Shown here: piece after piece, positions 39,674 through 47,674 of the stretch
Position numbering within the stretch: position 1 is the first letter of the stretch
How the letters are laid out: every line of letters starts with the position of its first letter
Origin: an uncultured Enterobacterales bacterium
GTDB taxonomy: Bacteria > Myxococcota_A > UBA796 > CAJQPC01
NCBI GenBank assembly: GCA_964604675.1
Contig: CAZSAT010000001.1
Span: forward strand, 29,110 to 93,109
Length of the DNA: 64,000 nt
Direction: 5' to 3'
The notes under the pieces: generated by a model
The model's input: the letters and a program-made list of their open reading frames with translations, nothing else
Database searches by the model: none
Told to the model about the DNA's origin: nothing
Made by a program: the position numbers and the translations under genes

Positions 39674-40133
39674 CGTCGTCTTCGCCCCGACGCGCGAGGG
39701 TGTCGCGCAGGGCCTCCGCGCGCGGTGTGTCCAGGCCAGGGATGGAGCCCTCTGCAGAGAAGCCCGACGCCGTGAACACGAGCACCCGGGACAAGCCGAG
39801 CATGCGCTCCAGCGGCCCCTGCCGGGTCTCGACGTGCTGGATGCGGCTGACGGGGATCGACGTTCGGCGCCGGTACAGCACGCCGCGCTGCACCAGCAGG
39901 TCGTGCTCCCGCAGCGCGAAGCCGAAGTGGCGCCACGAGAGGCTCGGCCAGGCGAGCCCCATCAAGAGCACCAGCGCGAGCGGGCCGCCGGCGACCAGCA
40001 CGCCCGCCGCCGTGCCTCCGAGACCCGCCACACCCACGCCGGCGAAGGCCGCGATCGGCGTCCAGAAGAGCAGGGTCCGGATCAGGGAGCCGAAGCGCCA
40101 CAGCCAGATCACGCGGGGGGAGAGCTGCTCCAT
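39666..40133 (-). CDS. YdbS-like membrane protein with a single bPH_2 domain
   Basis: A TM hairpin followed by IPVSRIQHVETRQGPLERMLGLSRVLVFTAS. It overlaps the start of the YdbT-like gene by 8 nt. Confidence 0.85.
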   Translation of the reverse strand: MEQLSPRVIWLWRFGSLIRTLLFWTPIAAFAGVGVAGLGGTAAGVLVAGGPLALVLLMGLAWPSLSWRHFGFALREHDLLVQRGVLYRRRTSIPVSRIQHVETRQGPLERMLGLSRVLVFTASGFSAEGSIPGLDTPRAEALRDTLARRGEDDGV

Positions 40134-40396
40134 CGCGGCAGCCTAATCACTGCGAGCCGGACCACCACCCACAGCACCGCATCTGGTATCAACCTCGTGC
40201 ACCACCACCGCGGCATCGAAGGCCGCAGGAGAAGCTCATGGGTCGTCGACCAGGAGGCGGCGGACGCCGTCCTTCCCGCCCTGCACGTCGGCGTCCGAAG
40301 GCAGGCGGCGGCCCCAGGAGGCGTCCCGGAGGCGGCGCTGGCCGCAAGCACGGTCCCGGCGGCGGTCGGGCACGGCGTGCGCGGCACCATCGTCCG

Positions 40397-40834
40397 ATGC
40401 GTGGCGCCCGGGCGCATCCCAGGTACCGCCGCTTCTACACCCCGTACTACTTCATCCCCGTGGTCGGCACGCCGGGACCGCGCGACAAGACCACCGCCAT
40501 CGTGCTCTGCCTGCTCGGCCTGGTCGGCTTCGCCGGCCTCCACCGGCTCTACGTCGGCAAGGGCGTCACCGGTGTGGTCTGGTTCCTCACCGGCGGCTTC
40601 TGCGGGCTGGGCACGCTGATCGACCTCTTCGTGATCGGCGGCATGGTCGACGACTACAACGAGGCCTGGACCTCCTACGAGGCGGAGCCCGACGAGGAGG
40701 CGGCCGGCGACGGCGAGAAGGTCGTGGTCAGGGAGACCGTGAAGGAGATCGTGAAGGTGAAGTGCACCCACTGCGGCACCCTGAACGACCACACCTCGGG
40801 CGACTGCAGCGGCTGCGGCGCACCGCTCGGCTGA
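40397..40834 (+). CDS. TM2-domain membrane protein with a C-terminal zinc-ribbon-like CxxC...CxxC
   Basis: GFAGLHRLYVGKGVTGVVWFLTGGFCGLGTLIDLFVI is typical of TM2 domains. The C-terminus is KCTHCGTLNDHTSGDCSGCGAPL. I chose the ATG at 40397 because the R/G-rich extension from 40238 has poor GC3. Confidence 0.75.
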   Translation: MRGARAHPRYRRFYTPYYFIPVVGTPGPRDKTTAIVLCLLGLVGFAGLHRLYVGKGVTGVVWFLTGGFCGLGTLIDLFVIGGMVDDYNEAWTSYEAEPDEEAAGDGEKVVVRETVKEIVKVKCTHCGTLNDHTSGDCSGCGAPLG

Positions 40835-40880
40835 CCGGACGCCGAGGGCGTCCCGGGCCTGTGGACTCGGGACGGCCCCC

Positions 40881-42104
40881 TCAGCCCGCGACGACCTCCG
40901 TGACGGCACGCACGCCGTTCGCGAGGCTGTCGCGCGCCCTCACGCGCTCGCCCACCTGCCGGGCCCGTTCGGTCAGCAGCGGGTCGGACAGCGACGCGAG
41001 CAGCCGGGCCAGGGCGGGCCCGGACACGGTTCGAGCGCTGAGGCGGCGGGGGGCCAGGCCAACCGCCTCGAGGCGCCAGCCGTTGTAGTGCTGGTCGGCC
41101 ACGTGCGCGACCACGCCCTGCGGCACCCCGGCCCGGAGCGCGGTCGCGAGGGTGCCCGCTCCACCGTGGTGCACCACGCCCGCACAGCGCGGGAACAACA
41201 GGTGGTGCGCGCACGGCCCGACCCGGAACACCGCGTCCGGCAGGTCCCCGTCGCCGAGCTGCGCCCAGCCCGCCGAGAGCACGAGCCTCACCCCAGAACG
41301 CTCCACGGCGTCGACCACCTTGCGCGTCGAGTCCGCCGGGTCCGGGTGAGGCATCGACCCGAAGCCCAGGTAGACCGGCGGCGGGCCTGCGCCCAGGAAG
41401 GCCTCGAGGTCCTCGTCGAGCGCCCCCTCCGGCGCGAGACGGAACGCACCCACCGGCTCGGCCTCCCAGCCCCCCGGGCCCGTGAAGACCTCGGGATCGC
41501 AGGCCATCACGCCCTCGCCTGGCACCACCAGGTAGTCCCAGGGATCGGGGAGCGGGCGCAGCCCAGCGGCGCGTCGGGCGTCGTCCATGAAGGGCTGGAT
41601 GAAGCGCCGCACCGCCGCCCGGTAGGCACCCCAGAGCCCACGGTTCAGCAACGCGCCGCCGTCGGCGATCGAGCCCAGAGGCGGCGCGTGCTCGGGCGAG
41701 ACGAGGAGCTGCGGGCAGAACAGCACGTAGCGGTAGGCGGTGCCGGCCGCGTGGGCGGCGGTGCGACCGCCGATCTGCACCCCACTGGCGATCAGCAGGT
41801 CACGCCCCTCGGCGAGCTCGCTCAACAGGGTCACGCTGACGGCGCAGAGCTCCCGGAAGAGCTCGATGAACACCTTGATCTCGCTCACCAGGCCGATGCC
41901 GCCGCCGCGGATGGCGTCGGCGAGGAAGCGCTGGATGTCCGGCCCGAAGGCCCGGTAGTCCAGCCCGAGCCCCTCCGCGTCGTCCAGGAAGTTGGGCGGC
42001 CCGGCCACGAGGACGTCGTGGCCCTCGCTCGCGAGCCGCACCCCGAGGTGCAGGAGCGGCTGACAGTCCCCGCGCGTGCCGAAGGGGGCGAGCAGCACCT
42101 TCAT
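40881..42104 (-). CDS. GT-B family 1 glycosyltransferase (MGT/UDP-glycosyltransferase type)
   Basis: MKVLLAPFGTRGDCQPLLHLGVRL. C-terminal VVHHGGAGTLATALRAGVPQGVVAHVADQHYNG. The ATG at 42104 overlaps the upstream stop (ATGA at 42101-42104). Confidence 0.88.
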   Translation of the reverse strand: MKVLLAPFGTRGDCQPLLHLGVRLASEGHDVLVAGPPNFLDDAEGLGLDYRAFGPDIQRFLADAIRGGGIGLVSEIKVFIELFRELCAVSVTLLSELAEGRDLLIASGVQIGGRTAAHAAGTAYRYVLFCPQLLVSPEHAPPLGSIADGGALLNRGLWGAYRAAVRRFIQPFMDDARRAAGLRPLPDPWDYLVVPGEGVMACDPEVFTGPGGWEAEPVGAFRLAPEGALDEDLEAFLGAGPPPVYLGFGSMPHPDPADSTRKVVDAVERSGVRLVLSAGWAQLGDGDLPDAVFRVGPCAHHLLFPRCAGVVHHGGAGTLATALRAGVPQGVVAHVADQHYNGWRLEAVGLAPRRLSARTVSGPALARLLASLSDPLLTERARQVGERVRARDSLANGVRAVTEVVAG

Positions 42105-43234
42105 CGCGTGACCAGATCGAGCAGGTAGTCGTGGTGGAAGGCCAGGCTGTCGACCGCGCCCTCCATGTCCAGCAGAGCGAGGGTGTCGTTCACGGTGTGG
42201 TAGCGGACGTCGGGCCAGCGGGTGTGCCACGAGGTGTCGACCCCCTCGGTCTGGAAGACGAAGTGATCGGAGCTGGCGTTGGGCGAGCCCGCGTCGACCG
42301 GGTCCAGGCCGTGCTGCTCCGCGAGCTCCAGCGCGAGCGCGCGGTCCGCCTCGTCGTCTGCGGCCACGAAGAAGGTCCCGTCCGACGACCACGGGATGTC
42401 CAGGTTCAACAGACGGTCCACGTCGGCCCCCCGGTCGGCGACCCAGGCCTGGGCCCCCTTGAGCCCCTGCTCCTCGCCCGTGGTGAAGAGCAGGTGCACC
42501 GTCGCCCGATCGTCCTCGGCGAGCAGCGCCCTGGCCAGCTGCAGCACGAAGGCCACACCGAGACCGTTGTCGAAGGCCGACTCCGACGGGTGCCAGGAGT
42601 CGTAGTGCGCCACCAGCATGACCTCGTCGCCCTGCCCCGGCAGCGTGGCCGCGAGGTTGTAGGAGGTGAGCGCTCCGAGACCCGCCTCCACGGTGAGGGT
42701 GCCCTCCAGGCCGGCGAGGGCGGCGCCGGTCTGCGCGTCGACCGCCACGCTCGGCAACGACACGCCATCGAGGATGTGCCCCACCTCGGCGAGGGGCGTG
42801 CCGTCGCCGTCGAGGTCCTCGGTCACGCGCACGAGCGCTTCGGCCCCGCCGGTCAGGGCAGTGAAGAAGCTCTCCGCACGCGCGCCATCGTCCGAGCTCA
42901 ACAGCGCGATGCCGCCAGCGAAGTCGTCGGCGTCGATGCGGCCGCTGACCACACCGCCCGGAGCGGGCGACAGCGCCCACGCTTCGTACCGCTCACCGCC
43001 CGCGTCGATCCAGGCCTCTCCGGGCGTCCAGGCCTCCCAGGTGAAGGCATGGCGATCGACCTGGAGCCCCATCGACTCCAGCTCCCGGGTGATCCAGGCG
43101 GCTGCCCGCGCCTCGCCCGGCGTGCCGACCAGCCGAGGGCCCACCCCGGTCACCGCGTACGTGGCCGCGTAGAGCGCTTCGTAGGAGAGCGGGTCGATGG
43201 GATCGATCGACGCGGTGCAGGCCAACAGCCACAT
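42101..43234 (-). CDS. M28-family peptidase lipoprotein with a PA-like insert
   Basis: Leader MWLLAC. LVAHYDSWHPSESAFDNGLGVAFVLQLARAL, TTGEEQGLKGA and SDHFVF. Confidence 0.83.
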   Translation of the reverse strand: MWLLACTASIDPIDPLSYEALYAATYAVTGVGPRLVGTPGEARAAAWITRELESMGLQVDRHAFTWEAWTPGEAWIDAGGERYEAWALSPAPGGVVSGRIDADDFAGGIALLSSDDGARAESFFTALTGGAEALVRVTEDLDGDGTPLAEVGHILDGVSLPSVAVDAQTGAALAGLEGTLTVEAGLGALTSYNLAATLPGQGDEVMLVAHYDSWHPSESAFDNGLGVAFVLQLARALLAEDDRATVHLLFTTGEEQGLKGAQAWVADRGADVDRLLNLDIPWSSDGTFFVAADDEADRALALELAEQHGLDPVDAGSPNASSDHFVFQTEGVDTSWHTRWPDVRYHTVNDTLALLDMEGAVDSLAFHHDYLLDLVTR

Positions 43235-43286
43235 GCTCCCATCTTCGCAGGCCGCACGCCGATCCCGCCGGCGTTAGCCCCTGACC

Positions 43287-44615
43287 GTGAACCTGGTCTT
43301 CCTCGGAATCGTCTGCATCGCGGTCGTCGTAGGCGGTGCCACGGGCTCGATGGGCGAGGTCTCCCAGGCGGCCTTCTCGAGCGCCAAGGCCAGCGTCGAT
43401 CTCGCCATCGGGCTCATCGGCTACATGGCGCTCTTCCTCGGCCTGCTCAAGGTCGGCGAGAAGGGCGGCCTGCTCCGGCTGCTGGCGCGCGCCATCCGGC
43501 CCATCATGGTCCGGCTCTTCCCCGACGTGCCACCGGACCATCCCGCGATGGGCGCGATGATCCTGAACATCGCCGCCAACATGTCCGGGCTCGGCAACGC
43601 CGCGACGCCCCTGGGCATCAAGGCCATGCACGAGCTCAACAAGCTCAACACCCGGCCGGGGGTGGCCACCAACGCGATGGTGCTGTTCCTGGCCATCAAC
43701 ACCTCCGGGGTGGCGTTGCTCCCGAGCGGTGTGGTGTCGGTGCGCGCAGCGCTCGACAGCCAGGACCCGTGGGGCATCGTGGCGCCCAGCCTGGTCGCCA
43801 CCCTGTTCTCCACCATCGTCGGCATCACCGTGGCCAAGCTCCTCTGCCGCCTGCGCTTCTTCGCCCCGCCGCCTGCGGTCGACGGCGTCGAGGTCGCCGA
43901 GGTGAAGGAGCCCGAGGTCGCCGACGCCGACGCGGCCGCCGCATCCGGAAGCGGCGAGCTCACCTGGGGCGTGTGGGTGCTCGGCGCCTTCCTGATCACC
44001 GCCGCGGCGTTGTTGGCCGGGCCCACCATCGGCGCGGCGATCCTCGGCAGCCAACACCCCGACGCGCAGGGCCTGCGCGACTTCCAGTCCACCGTGGCCG
44101 ACTGGATCATCCCTGTGATGATCGTCGGCCTGCTCGGCTTCGGCCAGGCCAAGGGCGTGAAGGTCTACGAAGCGTTCGTCGAGGGCGCGAAGGAAGGCTT
44201 CGAGATCGCGGTGCGGATCATCCCGTACCTGGTCGCCATCCTCGTGGCGGTCGGCATGTTCCGGGCCTCCGGCGCGATGGACTTCGTCACCGGCAACATC
44301 GGCGTGCTCAGCTCGCTCATCGGGCTGCCCGGCGAGGCCCTCCCCATGGCGCTGGTCCGACCGCTGTCGGGCTCCGGGGCGTTCGGCATCATGGCCGAGA
44401 TCATGGAGGCCAACGGTCCCGACAGCTACACCGGCTACGTCGTGAGCGTGCTCAACGGGTCGACCGAGACCACCTTCTACGTCCTGGCGGTCTACTTCGG
44501 CAGCGTCGGCGTGAGCCGTGTTCGGCACGCGGTGGCCACCGGGCTCTCCGCCGACATCGCCGGCGTCATCGCCACCGGGTTGGCCTGCAGCTTCTTCTTC
44601 GGGCACCTGCAGTAG
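43287..44615 (+). CDS. nucleoside-recognition (Gate) domain membrane protein, SpmA/SpmB-like fusion
   Basis: 442-aa polytopic protein. NIAANMSGLGNAATPLGIKAM and RPLSGSGAFGIMAE resemble the two halves of SpmA/SpmB. The start is GTG. Confidence 0.85.
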   Translation: MNLVFLGIVCIAVVVGGATGSMGEVSQAAFSSAKASVDLAIGLIGYMALFLGLLKVGEKGGLLRLLARAIRPIMVRLFPDVPPDHPAMGAMILNIAANMSGLGNAATPLGIKAMHELNKLNTRPGVATNAMVLFLAINTSGVALLPSGVVSVRAALDSQDPWGIVAPSLVATLFSTIVGITVAKLLCRLRFFAPPPAVDGVEVAEVKEPEVADADAAAASGSGELTWGVWVLGAFLITAAALLAGPTIGAAILGSQHPDAQGLRDFQSTVADWIIPVMIVGLLGFGQAKGVKVYEAFVEGAKEGFEIAVRIIPYLVAILVAVGMFRASGAMDFVTGNIGVLSSLIGLPGEALPMALVRPLSGSGAFGIMAEIMEANGPDSYTGYVVSVLNGSTETTFYVLAVYFGSVGVSRVRHAVATGLSADIAGVIATGLACSFFFGHLQ

Positions 44616-44627
44616 GCACGCGCCGGA

Positions 44628-45227
44628 TCACGACGGCGAGAGCGCCACGGCCTCCTGGTGCATCCAGCTGCGAACCGCGACCTGATCGGCCTCGGGCAAG
44701 ACCTCGATCCGTGCACGGATCCTGCTCACCATCCGGGTGATCGCGGCACGGCTCTGGCCGCGTTGCCGCGCGAGCTCCGCGCGGCTTCCAGCCCGGAACA
44801 GCTCGCGAAGCCAGATCACGTCGTCCGGTGACAGGGCGACCTCGGAGGGCGCGTGGAGGCGGATCTCCGGCTCGACCACCACCCGTTGGCGGCGCTCGCG
44901 ACCCAGGCGCTCGCGACCTTCGCGCTCCCGGATCTTCCTGTGTGCGGACTCGCGCACGGTCCGCACGGTGACGGTGCGCAGGAAGGCGTAGAAGGACTCC
45001 TCCGTGTCGCCGGCGAAGCGCATGAGCGCGCCCGACATGAGCCGCACCAGGGTCTCGGCCACGAGCTCCTCGACCTCGTCCTGGCTCAGGAGGTCGCGGT
45101 AGTGGTTCCGCCACGTGGTGTGGGCTCGGCGGTCCACGTACTTCAGGATGAGGAGGTAGAGGGCGCGGGCTTCGGGAGCGTGACGGCTCGCGAGCGCGCG
45201 CTGGAGCGTGCTCTGGATGTCCGTCAT
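44628..45227 (-). CDS. ECF-type sigma-70 family RNA polymerase sigma factor
   Basis: Region-2-like DEVEELVAETLVRLMSGALMRFAGDTEESFYAFLRTVTVRTVRESAHR. Region-4 HTH SRAELARQRGQSRAAITRMVSRIRARI. Confidence 0.8.
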   Translation of the reverse strand: MTDIQSTLQRALASRHAPEARALYLLILKYVDRRAHTTWRNHYRDLLSQDEVEELVAETLVRLMSGALMRFAGDTEESFYAFLRTVTVRTVRESAHRKIREREGRERLGRERRQRVVVEPEIRLHAPSEVALSPDDVIWLRELFRAGSRAELARQRGQSRAAITRMVSRIRARIEVLPEADQVAVRSWMHQEAVALSPS

Positions 45228-45228
45228 G

Positions 45229-45441
45229 TCAGATCCCGTTCTGGATGCCGTCGGTCGGTCCCTTCTTCGAGGGACCCTGAGGGGGCGGCTTCGTCGGCTC
45301 CCGCTCGTCCTTCGCCGCGTCCTCGCTGGCCAGGCGCTTCACCACGTGCACCACCTCGCAGGAGGGGCTGGGCTGCTCACACGAGGTGTCGACGCCAGCG
45401 TTCTGCAGGCCGAGGAGGAGGAGGGAGCTCACGAGGCTCAT
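45229..45441 (-). CDS. small secreted protein (70 aa) with a Cys pair
   Basis: Signal-like MSLVSSLLLLGLQNAG, then CEQPSPSC and a P/K-rich tail. GC3 is high. The ATG overlaps the upstream stop (ATGA at 45438-45441). Its stop lies 1 nt before the sigma-factor ATG. Confidence 0.6.
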   Translation of the reverse strand: MSLVSSLLLLGLQNAGVDTSCEQPSPSCEVVHVVKRLASEDAAKDEREPTKPPPQGPSKKGPTDGIQNGI

Positions 45442-46043
45442 GGGGACTCCTTGCGCAAGAGCGCCAGGTCGGGGTCGGAGGCGATGATCTGGGTGAGTTG
45501 GCGGACCAGGGGCTCGGGATACGCCCTGCCGATGCTGTCGACCAGCTCGCGGGCGTGGTCGTGCTCGCCGAGGGCGACCAGCGCGGCGAGGATGTTCGAC
45601 AGGTTGATGGCCGATCGCTCGCGGTCGAGGGCCCGCGAGAAGTAGTCCAGAGCGACCTCGTGCTGCTGCTTCAGGAAGGCCAGCACGCCGCGGTGCCGCT
45701 CGACCGAGGCCAGGTTGGTCTGCAACAGGGGTCCGCCTTCGGACAGCGCCGCCATCTCCTGCTCCGCGACGAGGCGGGCGGCTTCATCGTAGTCGCGGAC
45801 CTTCGGGTGCGCCTCGATGGCGTGCAGCAGGCTGAGCAGACGGATCCTGTCCACCTTGCCCTCGCGGAAGCGGCGGTTCGCCAGACGGCGCGCAGCCTCG
45901 GCGTCGAAGTCCGCCGAGTCGCAGAAGGCCATCACCTCGGCGGCCGCCTCGCGCTGGGAGGCGGGCACGCTCGCCGTGGGTGCGAAGTAGGCCTGCTCGT
46001 CCACCGCCTGGTAGATGCGATCGAGGATCGAGGCGTAGTCCAC
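45438..46043 (-). CDS. helical-repeat (TPR-like) hypothetical protein
   Basis: I chose the GTG at 46043 (AGGAG lies 7 nt upstream) rather than the track TTG at 46103. The sequence is helical and repeat-like (HRGVLAFLKQQHEVALDYFSRALDRERSAINLSNILAALVALGEHDHARELV). Confidence 0.62.
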   Translation of the reverse strand: MDYASILDRIYQAVDEQAYFAPTASVPASQREAAAEVMAFCDSADFDAEAARRLANRRFREGKVDRIRLLSLLHAIEAHPKVRDYDEAARLVAEQEMAALSEGGPLLQTNLASVERHRGVLAFLKQQHEVALDYFSRALDRERSAINLSNILAALVALGEHDHARELVDSIGRAYPEPLVRQLTQIIASDPDLALLRKESP

Positions 46044-46106
46044 GGGTCCGCTCCTGGGGATCGCGTCCAGTGTGGCCGACGATCCCCCGTTGTTGACCTG
46101 CAAGGC

Positions 46107-46132
46107 GAATTCTTTTCGAAAAGGTGCGCACC
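46107..46132. promoter_or_regulatory. three abutting palindromes in an AT-rich island upstream of the sigma-factor operon
   Basis: GAATTC (46107-46112), CTTTTCGAAAAG (46112-46123) and GGTGCGCACC (46123-46132). They lie between the stop of the coiled-coil gene (46140) and the start of the TPR-like gene (46043). Confidence 0.3.
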
Positions 46133-46139
46133 CGCTCGA

Positions 46140-47123
46140 CTACGCCGTGGTGGTGAAGGTCTCGAGCAGCCGCTCGACCTCGCGGCTCGCCTCGGCTTCC
46201 GCGTCGATCTCGAGCCCCGCCTGCTCCAGGTCGCCGATGTCCTCGACGAGCGCTGCCACGGCCACACTGGCGAGCCCGCGCTCGCCCACCGCCGCGAGCT
46301 GGTCGAGCTGGTCGACCGCCTGGGAGACCTGGTCCAGCAGGTCACCGGCCTCGGGGGTCACCTGCAGGCGACCGCGCTGGCCCTCGACGAGGTGTTGGGT
46401 GCGCAGGCGGTCGCCCACGTAGCCGAGCGAGTCGGCCAGCTCGTCCATGCGCGCCCGCAGCGCCACCAGCCGATCCGAGACCGCCGCGCGCTCGCGCTCG
46501 ACCTCGCCTCGATCCTCGTCGTCGACCCGGGCGTGGCCGGAGGGCCTCGGGGCCACGTCGGGGAGCGTGCGCAACCGCTCGTCGAGCACCGCCACGAAGG
46601 CGCGGACCTGGATGGCGCCCGAGCTGTAGAGCGCGGCGGTCTGGCCGAGGTGGGCGGCCTGCACGCTGTCGGGATCGGGCAGGTGGTCGAGCTCCGGGCG
46701 CTGCTTGGCGGCCTGGGCCAGGTGCACCCGCATCAGGAGCACCGCGCGCGTTCGCCACACCGTGCCCAGCACACGCTCCGTGCTCTCGGCGCGCCCGTGG
46801 AGCAGGCGCTCGTCCTCCTCGTAGCGGGCGACCAGCTCGTCGCGCCCCGGCTTCGAGGCGAGATCCGCCCGCTTCTCCGCCAGGTGTTCCGCCTGCTCGA
46901 GCGCCGCCGCACGGGCGGACTCCAGCTCGGCTTCGAGCATCCGAAGGCGGTGGGGGTAGCGCATCAGATCGGGTCGCCGGCGCGGCTCCGACCGGGACCT
47001 GCCGCTCAGGAGCTTCTTCGAGGCCCGCCACGTGAGCCACATCACCCCCGCGCCCGCGCTGGCCACGAGCGCGAGCGCCGCGAGCAACAGGAGCAGCAGC
47101 TGTGGCATGAGGGGAACACCCAT
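46140..47123 (-). CDS. membrane-anchored coiled-coil protein
   Basis: N-terminal TM segment PQLLLLLLAALALVASAGAGVMWL, followed by long heptad-like E/R/A/L-rich segments. The ATG at 47123 is preceded by GAGG. Confidence 0.7.
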   Translation of the reverse strand: MGVPLMPQLLLLLLAALALVASAGAGVMWLTWRASKKLLSGRSRSEPRRRPDLMRYPHRLRMLEAELESARAAALEQAEHLAEKRADLASKPGRDELVARYEEDERLLHGRAESTERVLGTVWRTRAVLLMRVHLAQAAKQRPELDHLPDPDSVQAAHLGQTAALYSSGAIQVRAFVAVLDERLRTLPDVAPRPSGHARVDDEDRGEVERERAAVSDRLVALRARMDELADSLGYVGDRLRTQHLVEGQRGRLQVTPEAGDLLDQVSQAVDQLDQLAAVGERGLASVAVAALVEDIGDLEQAGLEIDAEAEASREVERLLETFTTTA

Positions 47124-47163
47124 CCTGAACCTCTAATGTACGCCGGGCTATGGAGCGTCCAGC

Positions 47164-47673
47164 ATGCGCATCACCCGTCGGCACGTCCTCGCACTCGGCG
47201 CCGCTGTCAGCGCAGCGGGCGGCATCGGCGTCGGCGTGCTCTACACGCGCTGGTGGGACCGGCCCGTCGGTGACGACTACCGCTTCCTCTCCAACGAGGA
47301 GGGCGCCTTCCTGGAAGCCTTCGCCGACACCGCGTACCCCGCTGGGGGGCTGCCGTCGGTCTCGGGCGGCGAGCTGGCGCTCTCCCACTTCCTGGACGAG
47401 CTCGCAGGCGCGATGGAGCCGATGTCTCGCACCCTGATCCGCGCGCTCTTCCACCTGATGGACGATTGGCCACTGCCCGCTCGCAGCGCGCGCTTCGCCG
47501 AGCTGGACCCGGAGGCCCGAAGGGCGGTCTTCGAGGTCTGGATGCGCCACGACCTGGCGGAGATCCGCAACGCCTTCCAGTCCATCGTGCTGCTGCTGGG
47601 CATGGGCTACACCACCCACCCCCGCACGGTCGACTGGTTCCGACAGCTCTACCCCTGCACCTACGGCACCTGA
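47164..47673 (+). CDS. Tat-signal small subunit of the gluconate 2-dehydrogenase subunit 3 family
   Basis: Twin-arginine signal MRITRRHVLALGAAVSAAGG. Its size and its position immediately upstream of a GMC oxidoreductase fit the family. Confidence 0.78.
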   Translation: MRITRRHVLALGAAVSAAGGIGVGVLYTRWWDRPVGDDYRFLSNEEGAFLEAFADTAYPAGGLPSVSGGELALSHFLDELAGAMEPMSRTLIRALFHLMDDWPLPARSARFAELDPEARRAVFEVWMRHDLAEIRNAFQSIVLLLGMGYTTHPRTVDWFRQLYPCTYGT

Positions 47674-47674
47674 C

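Noticed and set aside
40238-40396. An ATG at 40238 with a good RBS as the start of the TM2-domain gene, giving an R/G-rich 53-aa N-terminus.
   Set aside because: About 40 percent of third positions in those 53 codons are A/T, against nearly all G/C in confirmed genes. I kept 40397 as the start and flagged the region as ambiguous.
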